DNA of 63,324 nucleotides, filler included, from Basidiobolus ranarum (GCA_040143965.1; 35 parts of 35 records of this genome joined end to end with filler, not necessarily neighbours in it); one strand, 5' to 3'. Positions 1-12,280 are shown, counted from the first letter of the whole stretch. Notes: generated by a model from the sequence alone, not told the origin. Made by a program: numbers and translations.

Positions 1-1089
1 AAAACCTCCAAGTTTGCTGATGGCAGGAGTATCACCAATACATACAATGATATTAGCTTTAATAAAATATGCACCCACCTGAACGCCATTAGAAAATCAT
101 TCAAATTCTGTAATCAAAGGCTCCAAGAAGCTATCTATAAGCACTGGGGATTTAGGTCCATATATGATGCATAGTATCAAATATTATGACTCATATACCA
201 TTTAGCAGGAAGAAGATTTAAGTTAATTAAAACTATTGGCCAGCAAGCCTTTCCAATGGTATATTAGTTTAGCCAGAAACCATCCAGAGCTAATGCAAAT
301 GCACAATCATACATGTTCTCATAGAAACCTTGACTTTTCTGATTCTGGTAGTGATATCCATCAAGTGTGTTGATATTACCATCAGCTTTACAGTGAGTAC
401 TTGGGTATTGGATCAATGATCTATATTTGGGTGATTTCATCAAAACTTTAAGATGGGGAATCAACAGTAAGTAGGCCAAATATTAATGATATTTACCTGA
501 TTCAGTGATTGCCAATTGTGTGCAAACAGTGCATGATTTCAGGTTTTTCAGATCACTGGTGGAAGCCAAACAATCATTTGGACATGAAGGTAGTTTAATT
601 ACTGAAGGATTATAAGTCATAAAATTGACAAGTGTTTTCCACTTGCACCAGGTCTGTAGCAAGCAAGAATTGCTAATCAACTGTGGTAAAAGTGTAAGAA
701 AACCAATAAACACCTGGTTGCCAAGATTGGATTGAACTCTCAACTCCTCAATGCTCAAAGCTGCTTTCTTTACTATAAGTGTGGTTCACTAAAGTTGCAT
801 TTCTATCTACATCATTTTGGTCATATAAATGTGGTAACTACAAGGTATCTTGACTTTTATCAGTGATACCAAAACTTTAAGGCAAACTACAGTCAGTGGA
901 CTCAGTGGGCAAACCTAAGGTTGATTTTGTGCCCTTATTACTGTTAATATTCACCAGGCTTTGTGCAGCTGATGGCTTTGTACAGTGACCATACTGGTGA
1001 TTATTTTTTCTATGAAGCCTCTGGCTTTCATAGCACAAGGATTTGTGACAATAATAGCAGGGCTTCTTTCAATGTTTGTGTTGCAGCAT
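1..1089 (-). pseudogene. CMC/CACTA (EnSpm, Tnp2-like) transposase, N-terminal half, decayed, with internal deletion near 780
   Basis: ATG at 1089 opens MLQHKH*KKPCYYCHKSLCYESQRLHRKNNH (C2H2-like). Downstream LALDGF, and by alignment with other copies WPIILINLNLPP..RYK and GDTPAISKLGGF, which are Tnp2-family motifs. Stops and frameshifts present. Confidence 0.85.
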
Positions 1090-1301
1090 GAAATAGATAT
1101 TGTGGAAATAAGAACACCTCCAATGTAGGGGTGGTATTTTAGATATAGCCCATCAATATCATCAGCTGATTCTGAGATGGTGTCACAGATGAGTCATCAG
1201 GGGAATTAGAAGATATTTCCGGTAATGGATGACAGTTTTTGTTTATTATAAGCTGTTTCTAAGCAATTTCATTACACCAAGTTTACCATCTGAAAATTTC
1301 A

Positions 1302-1720
1302 ATGCCATTCACAAAGCATTTAAAATCTAAATCAAAATTGGCTTCCAAGCCAAAGCCTGCTGGCACAAAAGGGAAAAAACTAGCAAGAACAGAGGACTTA
1401 ATTGATGAGCAGTCTAGCAATCTACTATCCACTTTGGAAGGCATTAACATGCCAGAAACTAACTCAAGTAATGATGAAGCATTAATCAATTTACCAGATG
1501 TGTTCCTTTCCAGCAATAGTACAAGTAAAAAGATTGTAATCCCCAATTACATAGTAAATCAATAGTTGAGCAAAGTTCAACCAAAACACTGTCAAGACCA
1601 TCAACTTCCAAAATGGCTACTTTGCCCACTATTGAACAACCCTCTGTAGAAAATTTGGATAGAATTATTACAATAAGGGAATCACAGGCAGAACACCATA
1701 ATGATTTGTATGCAATCATA
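1302..1720 (+). pseudogene. ORF2 (accessory protein) of the CMC element, N-terminus
   Basis: MPFTKHLKSKSKLASKPKPAG...; homologous to 2688-3176(-); frameshift near 1550. Confidence 0.7.
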
Positions 1721-1820
1721 NNNNNNNNNNNNNNNNNNNNNNNNNNNNNNNNNNNNNNNNNNNNTTAATTAATTAANNNNNNNNNNNNNNNNNNNNNNNN
1801 NNNNNNNNNNNNNNNNNNNN
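1721..1820. other. Artificial contig linker N44-TTAATTAATTAA-N44 (first of 34, recurring every ~1.8 kb up to 61521-61620)
   Basis: Identical 100-nt spacer each time; intervening segments decrease in length from 1720 to 1704 bp. Confidence 0.99.
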
Positions 1821-3176
1821 GTGGCTTTTTGCTTGCCTTTAACTTTGAGGCTAATTTCAACACTTTGAAAAGTACCAGTTGAGGTTGGAGAGCCATGAGT
1901 TTTATTTGCTGGTGTTTTGGCTTGTTGAGAGGTACCAGGTGTTGGATAAACCTCTGAATTTAGCACTCTTCCAACTGGTGTACCCAGTTCCATGGTGAAA
2001 TTAAGTTTTTTTACCAGTACATCTGACTCTGGAAATGCAGATCTTTGCAATGGTGTGAAGAATTTGGTAAGTAGGACAGTAGAGCCTAAGCTCACTGGCT
2101 CCTTTGCTTTTCCCTTGCATTCACTAACTTCCTGCTCCTTGAGTACTTTGTTAGCTGCTTTTCTTTCTTTTCCAAGTCAATAATTGCGTACATTTTTGAG
2201 ATGTTTCAAGAATAGGCCTATACTAGCCAAATTGCCATTTCCTTGCAAAAAACCAGGATAAGCCACATAAAATAAGTCAAGAACATTCAGAGTTACACCT
2301 GGTTTTTGGTTTTTCCACAATTACTCAAATCCAGGTGATTTTGGGCAAGATTCCACACAATTTCCAAAATGTTAAACCACTCATCATCAGAGCAAGTGAT
2401 GGCAGCTCTGACATTTAGAGTCTTTTGGTTTGCAGTTTTCCTATGAGATTTCTATTTTCATGTGCCCAAGCAATTTTGGGTCATTGTGTAGGCTTAATGG
2501 TCCAACACATATTCTCCTCTGCTAGATTGTCATGGTGATATTCATATGTATGGTGTGGATTTGATTGAAATCCTGTATGAGAATGGATGGAGGGAGCAGC
2601 ATGTTGCTGTAGCTCAAATACAGCATTCCAAAGGTCTTGTATCATTCTTTTGTGAATCTCTAACTGTTGACTAGTTGCTTCTGAATGCTATATAAATTGC
2701 AATATTGTGGTGTTATTGCTTGTCATGGCCTGTATAGCAACTTTGTAGCTTTCACTTATGATTGCATACATATCATTACAATGTTCTGCCTGCAATTCCC
2801 TTGTTGTAATAATTCTATCCAAATTTTCTATGGAGAGTTGTTCAATAGTGGGCAAAGTAGCCATTTTGGAATTTGATGGTCTTGATGGTGTTTTGGTAGA
2901 ACTTTGCTCAACTATTGATTTACTATGTAATTGTGGGATTACAATCTCTTCACTTGCACTATTGCTAGAAAGGAACACATCTGGTAAAATGATTAATGCT
3001 TCATCCTTACTTGAGTCAGATTCCGGCATGTTAATGCCTTCCAAAGTGGATAATGGATTGCTAGACTGCTCATCAATCAAGTACTCTGTTCTTGCTGGTT
3101 TGTTTCCTTTTGTGCCAGCAGGCTTTGGCTTGAAAGCCAATTTTGATTTAGATTTTGAATGCTTTTTGAATGGCAT
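1821..3176 (-). pseudogene. CMC element ORF2, longest copy in the window
   Basis: Runs from MPFKKHSKSK through the LDLFYVAYPGFLQ region to EVYPTPGTSQQAKTP; overlaps other ORF2 copies. Confidence 0.75.
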
Positions 3177-3242
3177 TGAAATTTGCAAAAGGAATACTTG
3201 GTGCAATGAAATTGGCTAGAAACAGCTTATAATAAACCAAAA

Positions 3243-3540
3243 TTGCAACACAAACATTTAAAGAAGCCCTGCTTTTATTATCACAAATTCTTGTGCTATG
3301 AAAGCCAGAGACTTCATAGAAAAAATAATCACAAGCATAGTCACTGTACAAAGCCACCAGCTACACAAAGCCTGGTGTACAACAACAGTAATAAGTGCAC
3401 TGAATTGACTTTAGCTTTGCCCATTGAGTCCACTGACTGTAGTTTGCCTCAAAGTTTTGGATCAGCTGATGATATTGATGGGCTATACCTAAAATACCAC
3501 CCTTACGTGGGAGGTGTTCTTTTTTCTACAATATCCTTCT
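3243..3540 (+). mobile_element. CMC transposase N-terminal fragment followed by a displaced piece of the intergenic spacer
   Basis: QHKHLKKPCFYYHKFLCYESQRLHRKNNH matches the reverse complement of ~870-1086; 3460-3540 matches the reverse complement of ~1090-1170. Confidence 0.7.
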
Positions 3541-3640
3541 NNNNNNNNNNNNNNNNNNNNNNNNNNNNNNNNNNNNNNNNNNNNTTAATTAATTAANNNN
3601 NNNNNNNNNNNNNNNNNNNNNNNNNNNNNNNNNNNNNNNN

Positions 3641-3738
3641 GGTAAATAACATCTTTCCAAATAGTGCCCAATCATGCCAATTTGTATTGGCACACTTTTT
3701 AGCTGGCCTGATCTGGCTCAATAAAATGGAACAAGTCT
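3641..3738 (+). mobile_element. MITE family 2, right end
   Basis: Ends ATGGAACAAGTCT followed by ATT; homologous to 54030-54131 and to the reverse complement of 50434-50530. Confidence 0.7.
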
Positions 3739-3767
3739 ATTGTCTCAGGGCTCCTGTATCACTAGCA

Positions 3768-4798
3768 TGATAAAAGGATTGACGGGATTTGGAAGGGTAT
3801 TGGACAATATTTGGAGTTTCAAATTAAACACTTATATTTTGGTGAATTGGAAATGTCCTATTCATAGTTTACTAGGAAATAGGACTATTCAATATGCTTA
3901 GATCATAACAAACATGCCCATTAAGCATAGATGTAAACTTGGGAACATTTGGAGAAGCTTTGAGAAAATAGTGAAAATTGGTAAAAGTGATCTAATTGAT
4001 ATTTCTATTGATTAGAGCAATAAACACATGTTTTTGAATGGCAGAATTGGGTGCTATATAATCAAAATGTATATAAGCTAACTACCAGATAATAAACTAC
4101 TATTTACCAAATCTCAACATTCCCATTCAACTAATTAGTTTGTACTTCTCTCAAACCAAACTTATATCTTATTAATTCAAGTAGTGCTTTAACTAAAGGT
4201 TTGGTTAAGATCTCAGCAATAATTTCTTCAGTAAGGCAATGGAAAAGTTCAATTATATTATTCTCTATTGCTTCTCTAACAAACTGATGCCTAACATCTA
4301 TATGTTTTGCTCTAGCATGAGATGGAGGGTTTTAGCCAAGGAAATACAATGTTAATTATCTTCAGTGACAATAATAGCACATTTTTTCATGTCTCTTAAG
4401 TCAGTAAATAGCTTCCTTAACCACATAGCTTCTTATGTAGTAGCTGATGCAGCTGTATACTCTGCTTCTGTAGTGGATATTGCTATGATTAGTTTCTTCA
4501 GCCTATTTCAAGTTATGGCTCCATTACCATAGAGAAAGTGTACCCAGTTGCTAATCTTTTCTCATCAAGGTTTCTTCCCCAGTCTGCATCACTGTAGCCA
4601 TCAAAAGTTTGTGCTTCAGGAGTGCTGGAGTATTCCAGAACTAGATCTACTTTTCCTCTCAAATTCCTGATTATCTGCTTTACCGCAGTATTGTGCTCAG
4701 ATCTTGAATTTTTGAGATATTTGCTGATAGTTCCCACTGCCACAGCAATAACTGGACATGTTTTAAAAATTGATCTATTAAACTACCCACCATAGATT
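3768..4798 (-). mobile_element. Copia family B: RT end/RNase H, PPT and 3' LTR (LTR-B 3768-4119)
   Basis: GYSDADWG, STTEAEY and KHIDVRH motifs; PPT TTGAATGGGAA; LTR TGTTGAGA...TTTTATCA. Confidence 0.9.
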
Positions 4799-5359
4799 TG
4801 ATAAAAGTGTTTAGTGGAATCAGAAGGTTTTGAAAAGGATTTGGATTTGTAAATTGATCACTAAAGTTTTATTGAATGTAGTATGGCCTTTTTATATTTT
4901 ACTATGTATTAGGACAATTGGATCTGTAAATTGGTCACTAAAGTTTTATTGAATTTAGTATGTCCTTTTTATATTTTACTATGTGTTAGGACAATTGGAT
5001 GGGCTTAGATTATAACAAACATGCCTGTTAAGCATGGGTGAAAATTTGGTGTGCTTTGGAGAAGAATTCAGAGAATAGTATGATTTGGTATTAGTGATCT
5101 AATAGATATTTCTATTAATTGATATTGCTATCAACAAGAGGAAAAACACATGTTTTTGAATAACAAAATTGAGTACTAAATAAACAGAATATGAATAAAC
5201 TGACTATTAATTAATGAATTGTTATTTTCCTAATTTCATCATTCCCACTCAACTTTTGTATTTCACTTAAACCTTCCTTATATATTAATAGTTCAAATTG
5301 TGTTTTAGCTAAAGGTTTAGTTGAGATGTCAGCAATAAATTTTCAGTAAGGCAATAGAC
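4799..5359 (-). mobile_element. Second copia-B 3' end (LTR 4799-5241, with 77-bp internal tandem duplication) nested in the first
   Basis: LTR-B homology; PPT TTGAGTGGGAA; RNase H C-terminus. Confidence 0.85.
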
Positions 5360-5459
5360 NNNNNNNNNNNNNNNNNNNNNNNNNNNNNNNNNNNNNNNNN
5401 NNNTTAATTAATTAANNNNNNNNNNNNNNNNNNNNNNNNNNNNNNNNNNNNNNNNNNNN

Positions 5460-7178
5460 CTCCCAGAATATATAGCAAGTGCCTATTATCTCTAAGCATT
5501 GAGAAAGATGCCTCAGGGAATGTATTGAATACTGGCATAGATTCTGTCTATCTTCTTTAAACCTGTAATAAAGTTTTTCATATCCAATTACAAAATCTTT
5601 GCACAGTCACTGTATCTGCCTGAGATCTGCCAATGTGAGTTGAAGTCCTAAGAAATTATTAACAATATCCACAAATAACTCCTGATGTTGCCAATACTTA
5701 TCAGGCAGAAATCTTTTCAAGATTCCACTTGAATATATATAAATCCAGTACTTCCAGTCTTTGCATTTGAATAAATGCCTAGATGAGTGGATATTGATGG
5801 GAGTCCTGGTAAAATATGCTGGTATCTTGACATTTTCAAGCATTTTTGCAATCGATTCAAACTTGGATCCTATCTCAAATGGCTCTTTCATATTGAATTT
5901 TCCTCTATATAGCTGAGTAAGTAGTAATGGAATGTTGTTGAATAGTAAGTGCAGAGTGCCTAAAGAGAAGCTCTGGCTCCAGCTGATCCCCTTTAGCAAT
6001 ATAATAATTGGCTTATGGCTAAGACCAAGTTTGATGTTTGACTGACTCTTGGGTGAATTGATATCAGTGATCCTGTTGAAATCTTCACAGGATTTTGAAG
6101 GCAAAATCATGGAGTTTAGTTTGGTATTTGGATAGTAGTAATGCATATGCTTGATAGAGTAAACTTCTTTAATTTGAAAAAATCTACAGCAAGATAGTGC
6201 ATTGTGCCCATGAAAGCCTCCAAGTTTACTGATGGCAGGAGTATCACCAATAGATACAATGATGTTATCTTTAATAAAATATTCACCCATCTGAACCCCA
6301 TTAGATAACCATTGAAATTCCACAATCAATGGCTCCAAGATGCTATCTACAAGCATGGGTGATTTAGGTCCAGATAAGATGGATAGTATCAAAATATTAT
6401 GACTCTTATACCATTCAGAAGGAGAAAGATTTAAGTTAATTTAAATTATTGGCCAGCAAGCCTTTCCAATATTATATTTGTTTAGCAAGAAACCATCCAG
6501 AGCCAATGCAAATGCATGATCATACATGTTCTTAAAGAAACCTTGACCTTTCAGATTCTGGTAGTGATATCCATCAAGTATATTGGTAATACCATCAACT
6601 TTATGGAGAGTACTTTGATATTGGATCAATGATCTATTTATGGGTGATTTCATCAAAACTTTAAGATGGGGAATCAATGGTATGTAAGCCAAATATCAAC
6701 AATATTTACCTGATCCATGATTGCAATTGTGTGCAAACAGCACATGACTTCAGGTTTTTCAGATCACCAGTGAAAGCCAAACAACCATTTGGCCATGAAG
6801 GTAGTTTAATTACTGAAGGATTGTAAGTCATACAATTGACAAGTGTTTTCCACTTGTACCAGGTCTGTGACAGGCAACAGTTGCCAATTAACTGTGGTAA
6901 AAGTGTAAGAAACCCAATAAACACCTGGTTGCTAAGATTGGATTGAACTCTCCACTCCTCAATAATCAAAGCTGCTTCTTTTACAGCAAATGTTATGAGT
7001 GGAAAAATGTTTGCCAATAACAAAGAGTCCATAACAAAACCATTGTCTACTTCTTCAACTTCTGATATACTACCATTGGTACTGGAATAACTAAGGTCAA
7101 CATCTAGCAGTAAGTCCACAAAGTTGTCTGGACTTATTGTTTAAACCAAAGTGCATTTTGACCTACAACATTCTGGAC
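5460..7178 (-). pseudogene. CMC/CACTA transposase, central region
   Basis: LALDGF, CWPII, SGPKSP..DSILEPLIVEF, IGDTPAISKLGGFHGHNALSCCRF, FKCKDWKYW. Confidence 0.9.
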
Positions 7179-7278
7179 NNNNNNNNNNNNNNNNNNNNNN
7201 NNNNNNNNNNNNNNNNNNNNNNTTAATTAATTAANNNNNNNNNNNNNNNNNNNNNNNNNNNNNNNNNNNNNNNNNNNN

Positions 7279-8105
7279 AGCTTTATGGCCAAGGAGTCTT
7301 TTCAAGGAACTAAGATATGATCCAGTAAATCCTACCCCAATATATCAAGATAATATTAGTTGTATTAAGATCACCAAAAATCTGGAGCATCACTTAAGGA
7401 TGAAACATATTGATGTAAGACATTGTTTTATATGAAAGAAAGTTGAAGACCAAGAAGTTAACTTTATTTATTGTAATACTGAATATGTCCCAACTTTGCT
7501 ATGGCAATGGGAACTGTAAGCTAATATCTCAAAAATCTAGGATTTAAACACAAAACTGCAGTAAACCAAATATTCAGGTTTTCAGAGGACCTGTGGATCT
7601 AGTTCTGGAATGCTCTGGCACTCCTAATGCACAAAGTTTTGAAGGCTACAGTGATGCAGACTGTGGAAGAAACCTTGTTGATAGAGGATCAGCTATTGAG
7701 AACACTTTTCTCTATTGTAATGGAGCCATAACTTGGAATAGTATGAAGCAACCAACTCTAGCACTTTCCACTAAAGAAGCAGAGTATATGGCTGCATGTG
7801 GTACTACACATGATGGTATGTGGTTAAGGGCATTTTTTACTGACTTTGGATATATGCAAAAACATTCTATTACTGTATTTGAAGCCAACCAAAGTTGTAT
7901 TTCATCAGCTAAGAACCATACATTTTATTCTAGAACAAAGCATATAGGTAGTAGGCATCATTTTGTTAGAGAAGCATTAGAGAATAATATAATTGAACTT
8001 GTCTATTGCTCTACTGAAGAAACAGTTGCTCACATCTTAACTAAACTTTTAGCTAAAACACAATTTAAATTATTAAGGTATAAGTTAGGTTTAAGAGAAA
8101 TATGA
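7279..8105 (+). mobile_element. Two joined copia RNase H fragments (7279-~7490 and copia-B ~7490-8105)
   Basis: IYQDN...KHIDVRH; GYSDAD, ALSTKEAEYMA, RTKHIGSRHHFVRE. Confidence 0.9.
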
Positions 8106-8125
8106 AATAATGATTTGAGTGGCAA

Positions 8126-8477
8126 TGTTGAAATTAGGCTCATAGCTACTCATTTTTTAATAGTTAGTTTATTCATGTTCTGATTGTTTTGCACCCAATT
8201 CTGCCATTCAAGGACATATGTTGAATGCACCAATTGATAGAGATATCAATTAGATCACTTTTACTAATTTTCACTATTTTCTCAAAACTACTCCTAATCA
8301 TCTCAAATTTTCACCAATGCTTAACAGGCATGTTTGTTATGATATAAGCATGTCTAATAGTTCTACTTCATATTAAACTAAAAATAGCACATATTCAATT
8401 CAATAAAACTTAAGTGTCTAATTCACAAATCCAACTCTGGTCCAAAACACTTCCAAGTCCCCTAAACACATTTATCT
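8126..8477 (+). repeat. LTR-B shared between an upstream pol end and a downstream gag
   Basis: PPT-like TTGAGTGGCAA before; TGTTGAAA...TTTATCT; PBS AGTTATGAGCTC at 8478-8489. Confidence 0.85.
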
Positions 8478-8508
8478 AGTTATGAGCTCTTGGCTAGCTT
8501 TTACAGAA

Positions 8509-8997
8509 ATGTCTACCAGTACTATTACCAATGTTTTTGCATCCACAGAGAAGTTTGATGGCAAAGAGTTTCATATTTGGAAGTTCAAGATGCAAATGAT
8601 GCTAGAAGACAAGTACCTTTGATGATTTGTTACAGGAGAAGACATAGAGCCTAAGGGACCACCAGATACTATCCTTGCCTTTCAGAAGAAGCAGAGGAAA
8701 GCACTTTCTACACTTTGTCCACATCTCAGAGGCTCACTAATGAGGCACATACAATTGGCCAAAAACATACAAAATGCTTGAAAAACACTTGAGGCACTCT
8801 TTGAGACTAAAAGTCTGGCTAATAGGCTATATCTTGGGTGAAGTTTTTTCTCAATTCAGATGAATTTTGGCAATTCTATACTTAATCATATAAATTGGAT
8901 AAAAACTTTGGCAGATTGGCTCTCATCCATTGGAGCACCTCTAAATGAAGATGACTTAGTCACAACACTACTTGGGAGCCTTCCAGACAGTTTAGGC
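8509..8997 (+). pseudogene. Copia-B gag N-terminus (UBN2-like)
   Basis: EKFDGKEFHIWKFKMQMMLE...LLGSLPDS. Confidence 0.85.
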
Positions 8998-9097
8998 NNN
9001 NNNNNNNNNNNNNNNNNNNNNNNNNNNNNNNNNNNNNNNNNTTAATTAATTAANNNNNNNNNNNNNNNNNNNNNNNNNNNNNNNNNNNNNNNNNNNN

Positions 9098-9550
9098 CTA
9101 CAATGAGAGCGAATAACGTTCTCGGAACAAAATCGACATTTGCATAATAATAAATTAGCCGAATCTGATATAAATCAGGGCTCAGTTACTTGCAGTCAAC
9201 GAATGACTATTTCATTTGATGTTACCATAGAATTGTTTAAACAGTCTACACGCTTGTGTTCCAGAAGAGATCTACTGATGTATGTCATATCAGGTGAGGA
9301 GGCATTTTTCAAATTGCAATTCATTATCCACCAAGTTGGAAATCATTAACACCGTATGTTTACTCTCTCGTGAGGTTGCTACTCCTTGACAAGTATTCAA
9401 GTACCTCAAACTGTTGCAAAGATGGATATCGTTGGAGAATGCCTTTTACCTATTCTTTGAAATCCAATTAAGATTTGCCCAACTAACAGGTACACTATTT
9501 CACAAAGGCTTTACCATGAAAACTTGGATTCGGAATTGATGTTGTCTCAT
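9098..9550 (-). CDS. Possible 5' part of a spliced host gene, unknown product
   Basis: CpG-retaining unique sequence with plausible ~60-nt GT-AG introns and short open exons (MRQHQFRIQVFM/VKGILQRYPSLQQFE; IRLIYYYANVDF). No recognisable domain. Confidence 0.3.
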
Positions 9551-10705
9551 TTATTAGCTTGGTATTGATATTAATGAGCATTATTCGCTACTAATGGTTG
9601 ATTGTCGGATGCATTTCTTTAGTCACTAATTGGAGTACTTGGTTGTTGCATTGAATGTAGTAGCAGTTAATCCTAGGAAAGGAATTCTTCGGGAAAATAT
9701 TCTTCCAGTGAAAACTACTAATATGTTGCTTGACAATCTCATTTTAATAGCTCCTGAGCTATGATTGGTTAAAGTGAACGCATGTTTGTTGAGCGTAAGG
9801 AGTACTCCAAGAACGCTATTACTCCTCCTGCTCTCTTTTCTTATAGATAAAATGCTTCTAATACAAATAGAATCCGTAACAAACCAGACACCCCCCTTAT
9901 TTGTAATGATGGCACCTACTGTACACAATTGCACATCACACTCTATTATGGCATATGCAATATATGATAAAAGATTCAACCAATACCAAGTGAAATTCAA
10001 ACTGTAAGGCTATTTTCCATGATGGGAATGGTTTACTATTAGTCAAATAATTAGGATTTAACTATAGGATAACTATGACATGAGCAGATGAACACGGCAT
10101 TAAATTATTCAAAGTACACTGGTTAACTCTGTTAAGCATTGATCTAGAGTAAAGATTCCTCAATACCATCTTCATCATTAAGCAAGTTTGCTGACTATTT
10201 TACAGGTTACCTCATTGAATAAGCCCTTGTTTACATCTGACAACCAGAAATCAATGTCCAGAAGTACCATATAGCCCATGACTGATTTATCTTTTTTGTA
10301 ACCAAAGAGTAATCAAAAATCATTCATTGCATAAAGCTTCTTTACATCTACTATCCAGCTTAACCAAAGTCTAGATGGTGGTTTCTGATTGTGTTAAGTT
10401 GAATCTCTCACTCATTGCAATCCTCTATTTGCACACACCATCAAGTAGTCACTTCAGCTGATATTTTTATGACCACAACCATAGTTATATTAACATAAAA
10501 TTCAAATCAGAAATCCAAACTGACATAACAAAATCTTTTCCTTAAAAAATAGTAAATGTTTCCAACTGCCGGAGTCCATGCATTTGAGGTACTGATATTC
10601 ATTGTTCTGGTTCAAAGCAAAGCAATGGTAATCCTAAGTTATTCCCACCAGTATTTATTACTAATACATCAATGATCAATGAGAGTGGTATGATATACTT
10701 TAGCA

Positions 10706-10815
10706 TGTTAAAGTATTTGGGAGCCTGTTGGAAGTGGTTTGGAGAATTAGAGGAATTGGTGGTTTTCACTTATTGATTTATTGAGTAGAAAGTTGACATT
10801 TATAGTTTTGTCAAG
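10706..10815 (-). repeat. LTR-A 3' end
   Basis: Reverse complement of ...CCAACAGGCTCCCAAATACTTTAACA. Confidence 0.85.
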
Positions 10816-10915
10816 NNNNNNNNNNNNNNNNNNNNNNNNNNNNNNNNNNNNNNNNNNNNTTAATTAATTAANNNNNNNNNNNNNNNNNNNNNNNNNNNNN
10901 NNNNNNNNNNNNNNN

Positions 10916-11747
10916 TTAATTTTACCATGGAACCGGGTACACCAGTTGGAAGAGTGCTAAATTTGGAAGTTTATCCAACACCTGGCACCTCTCAACAAGC
11001 CAAAACACCAGCAAATAAAACTCACTGCTCTCCAACCTCAACTAGCCTTTTCAAAGTGTTGCAATTAGCCCCAAAGGTAAAGGCAAGAAAAAGCCGCACA
11101 AACACTACAAAGCACCTTCAGTAGTGTCACACTACAAGGATGTACAAAAATAGTCAAAGTGCTTGAGGAGTATTTTCAAAAGTATGAAGGGAAAAATGCA
11201 GTGCAAGTATGCAGAAAGTGGCTTCAGAAGAAGAACATTCAACTTGACATTCAGTCTGGTGTTGACCGTGCAGATATCTGGGAAGAACTTAATACAGAGT
11301 GGCACAATATTGCAGGGTATCCGCCAGATAGCTGGAAGAATGTTGATTCAGCAACGTTAATACAATGGTGGGCTTTGATGGAGATATTGATACAAGCTCA
11401 TGTTGGGTATGAGCTAAACCTTGGGTATGAAGAACTCTATAAAATATTCAGTAGAATATATCAAAGAGACTAGGAATTTTGAAGGTGACAAATTAGCATT
11501 CAAGTGGTAATTGTGTAAAATTTGAGTTACGTTTTTTGCACATGTGTTGATCCATAGTTCTTTGAGATTGTAGCCATTCATGTGCAACTATTATGCAAGA
11601 TTTTGAAATTACACTCCTGAAACTGAAAAATTGATTAAAATCAAATATAACTTGACAATTTTATGACAGTAAGTAAACAGACAGTCCCAAATGGATTAAA
11701 ATTGTGATGGTTTTCCTACAATAACAATTCTCAAATTTTCATTAGGG
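10916..11747 (+). mobile_element. CMC element ORF2 C-terminus and terminus A
   Basis: ORF 11159-11473 ending YQRD*; terminus ...AAATTTTCATTAGGG at 11747. Confidence 0.85.
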
Positions 11748-12280
11748 CACTACTCTCCAAATACAAAAATAAACTCCATGATTTTACCATCCAGAACCCA
11801 GTCAGATTTCAAAATGAGCACTGATATCAATTCACAAAATAGTCAGTATAACATCCAACTTGGTATTAGTCATAAGGCCAAGATTATATTGCAAAAGGGA
11901 ATCAGCTGGAGCCAGAGGTTCCCATTAGGCACTATGAACTCACTATTCAACAACACTCTAATACTACTTATTCAGCTTTAGAGTGGAAAATTCAATATGA
12001 ATGAGCCATTCAAGATAGGATCAAAGTTTTAATTAAATGTGAAAATGCTAGAAAACATCATGAGACCATCATATTTTACCAGGATTCCCATTAATATCCA
12101 CTCATCTACGCATCTATTCAAATGCAAAGACTGGAAGTAGTGGATTTGTATATATTCAAGTGGAATTTTGAAAATATTTCTGCCAGATAAGTATTGGCAA
12201 CTTTGGGAGTTGTTTGTGGACATTGTTAATATATTTTACAGCATCAACTCACATTGGCAGATCTCAGGCAGATACAGTGG
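11748..12280 (+). pseudogene. CMC transposase fragment (target of the nested copy)
   Basis: GISWSQRFPLGTM, FKCKDWK motifs. Confidence 0.85.

Noticed and set aside
1283-3219. Antisense ORFs (e.g. 1283-1546, 2758-3219) and similar short ORFs throughout
   Set aside because: Shadows of TE coding strands or LTR sequence, with no recognisable motifs.
5460-7178. Stop-codon reassignment suggested by frequent in-frame TGA/TAA in TE ORFs
   Set aside because: Stops differ between copies and accompany frameshifts; host genes read normally in the standard code.
9626-10007. 124-aa and 80-aa overlapping ORFs
   Set aside because: No recognisable domain or supporting gene structure.
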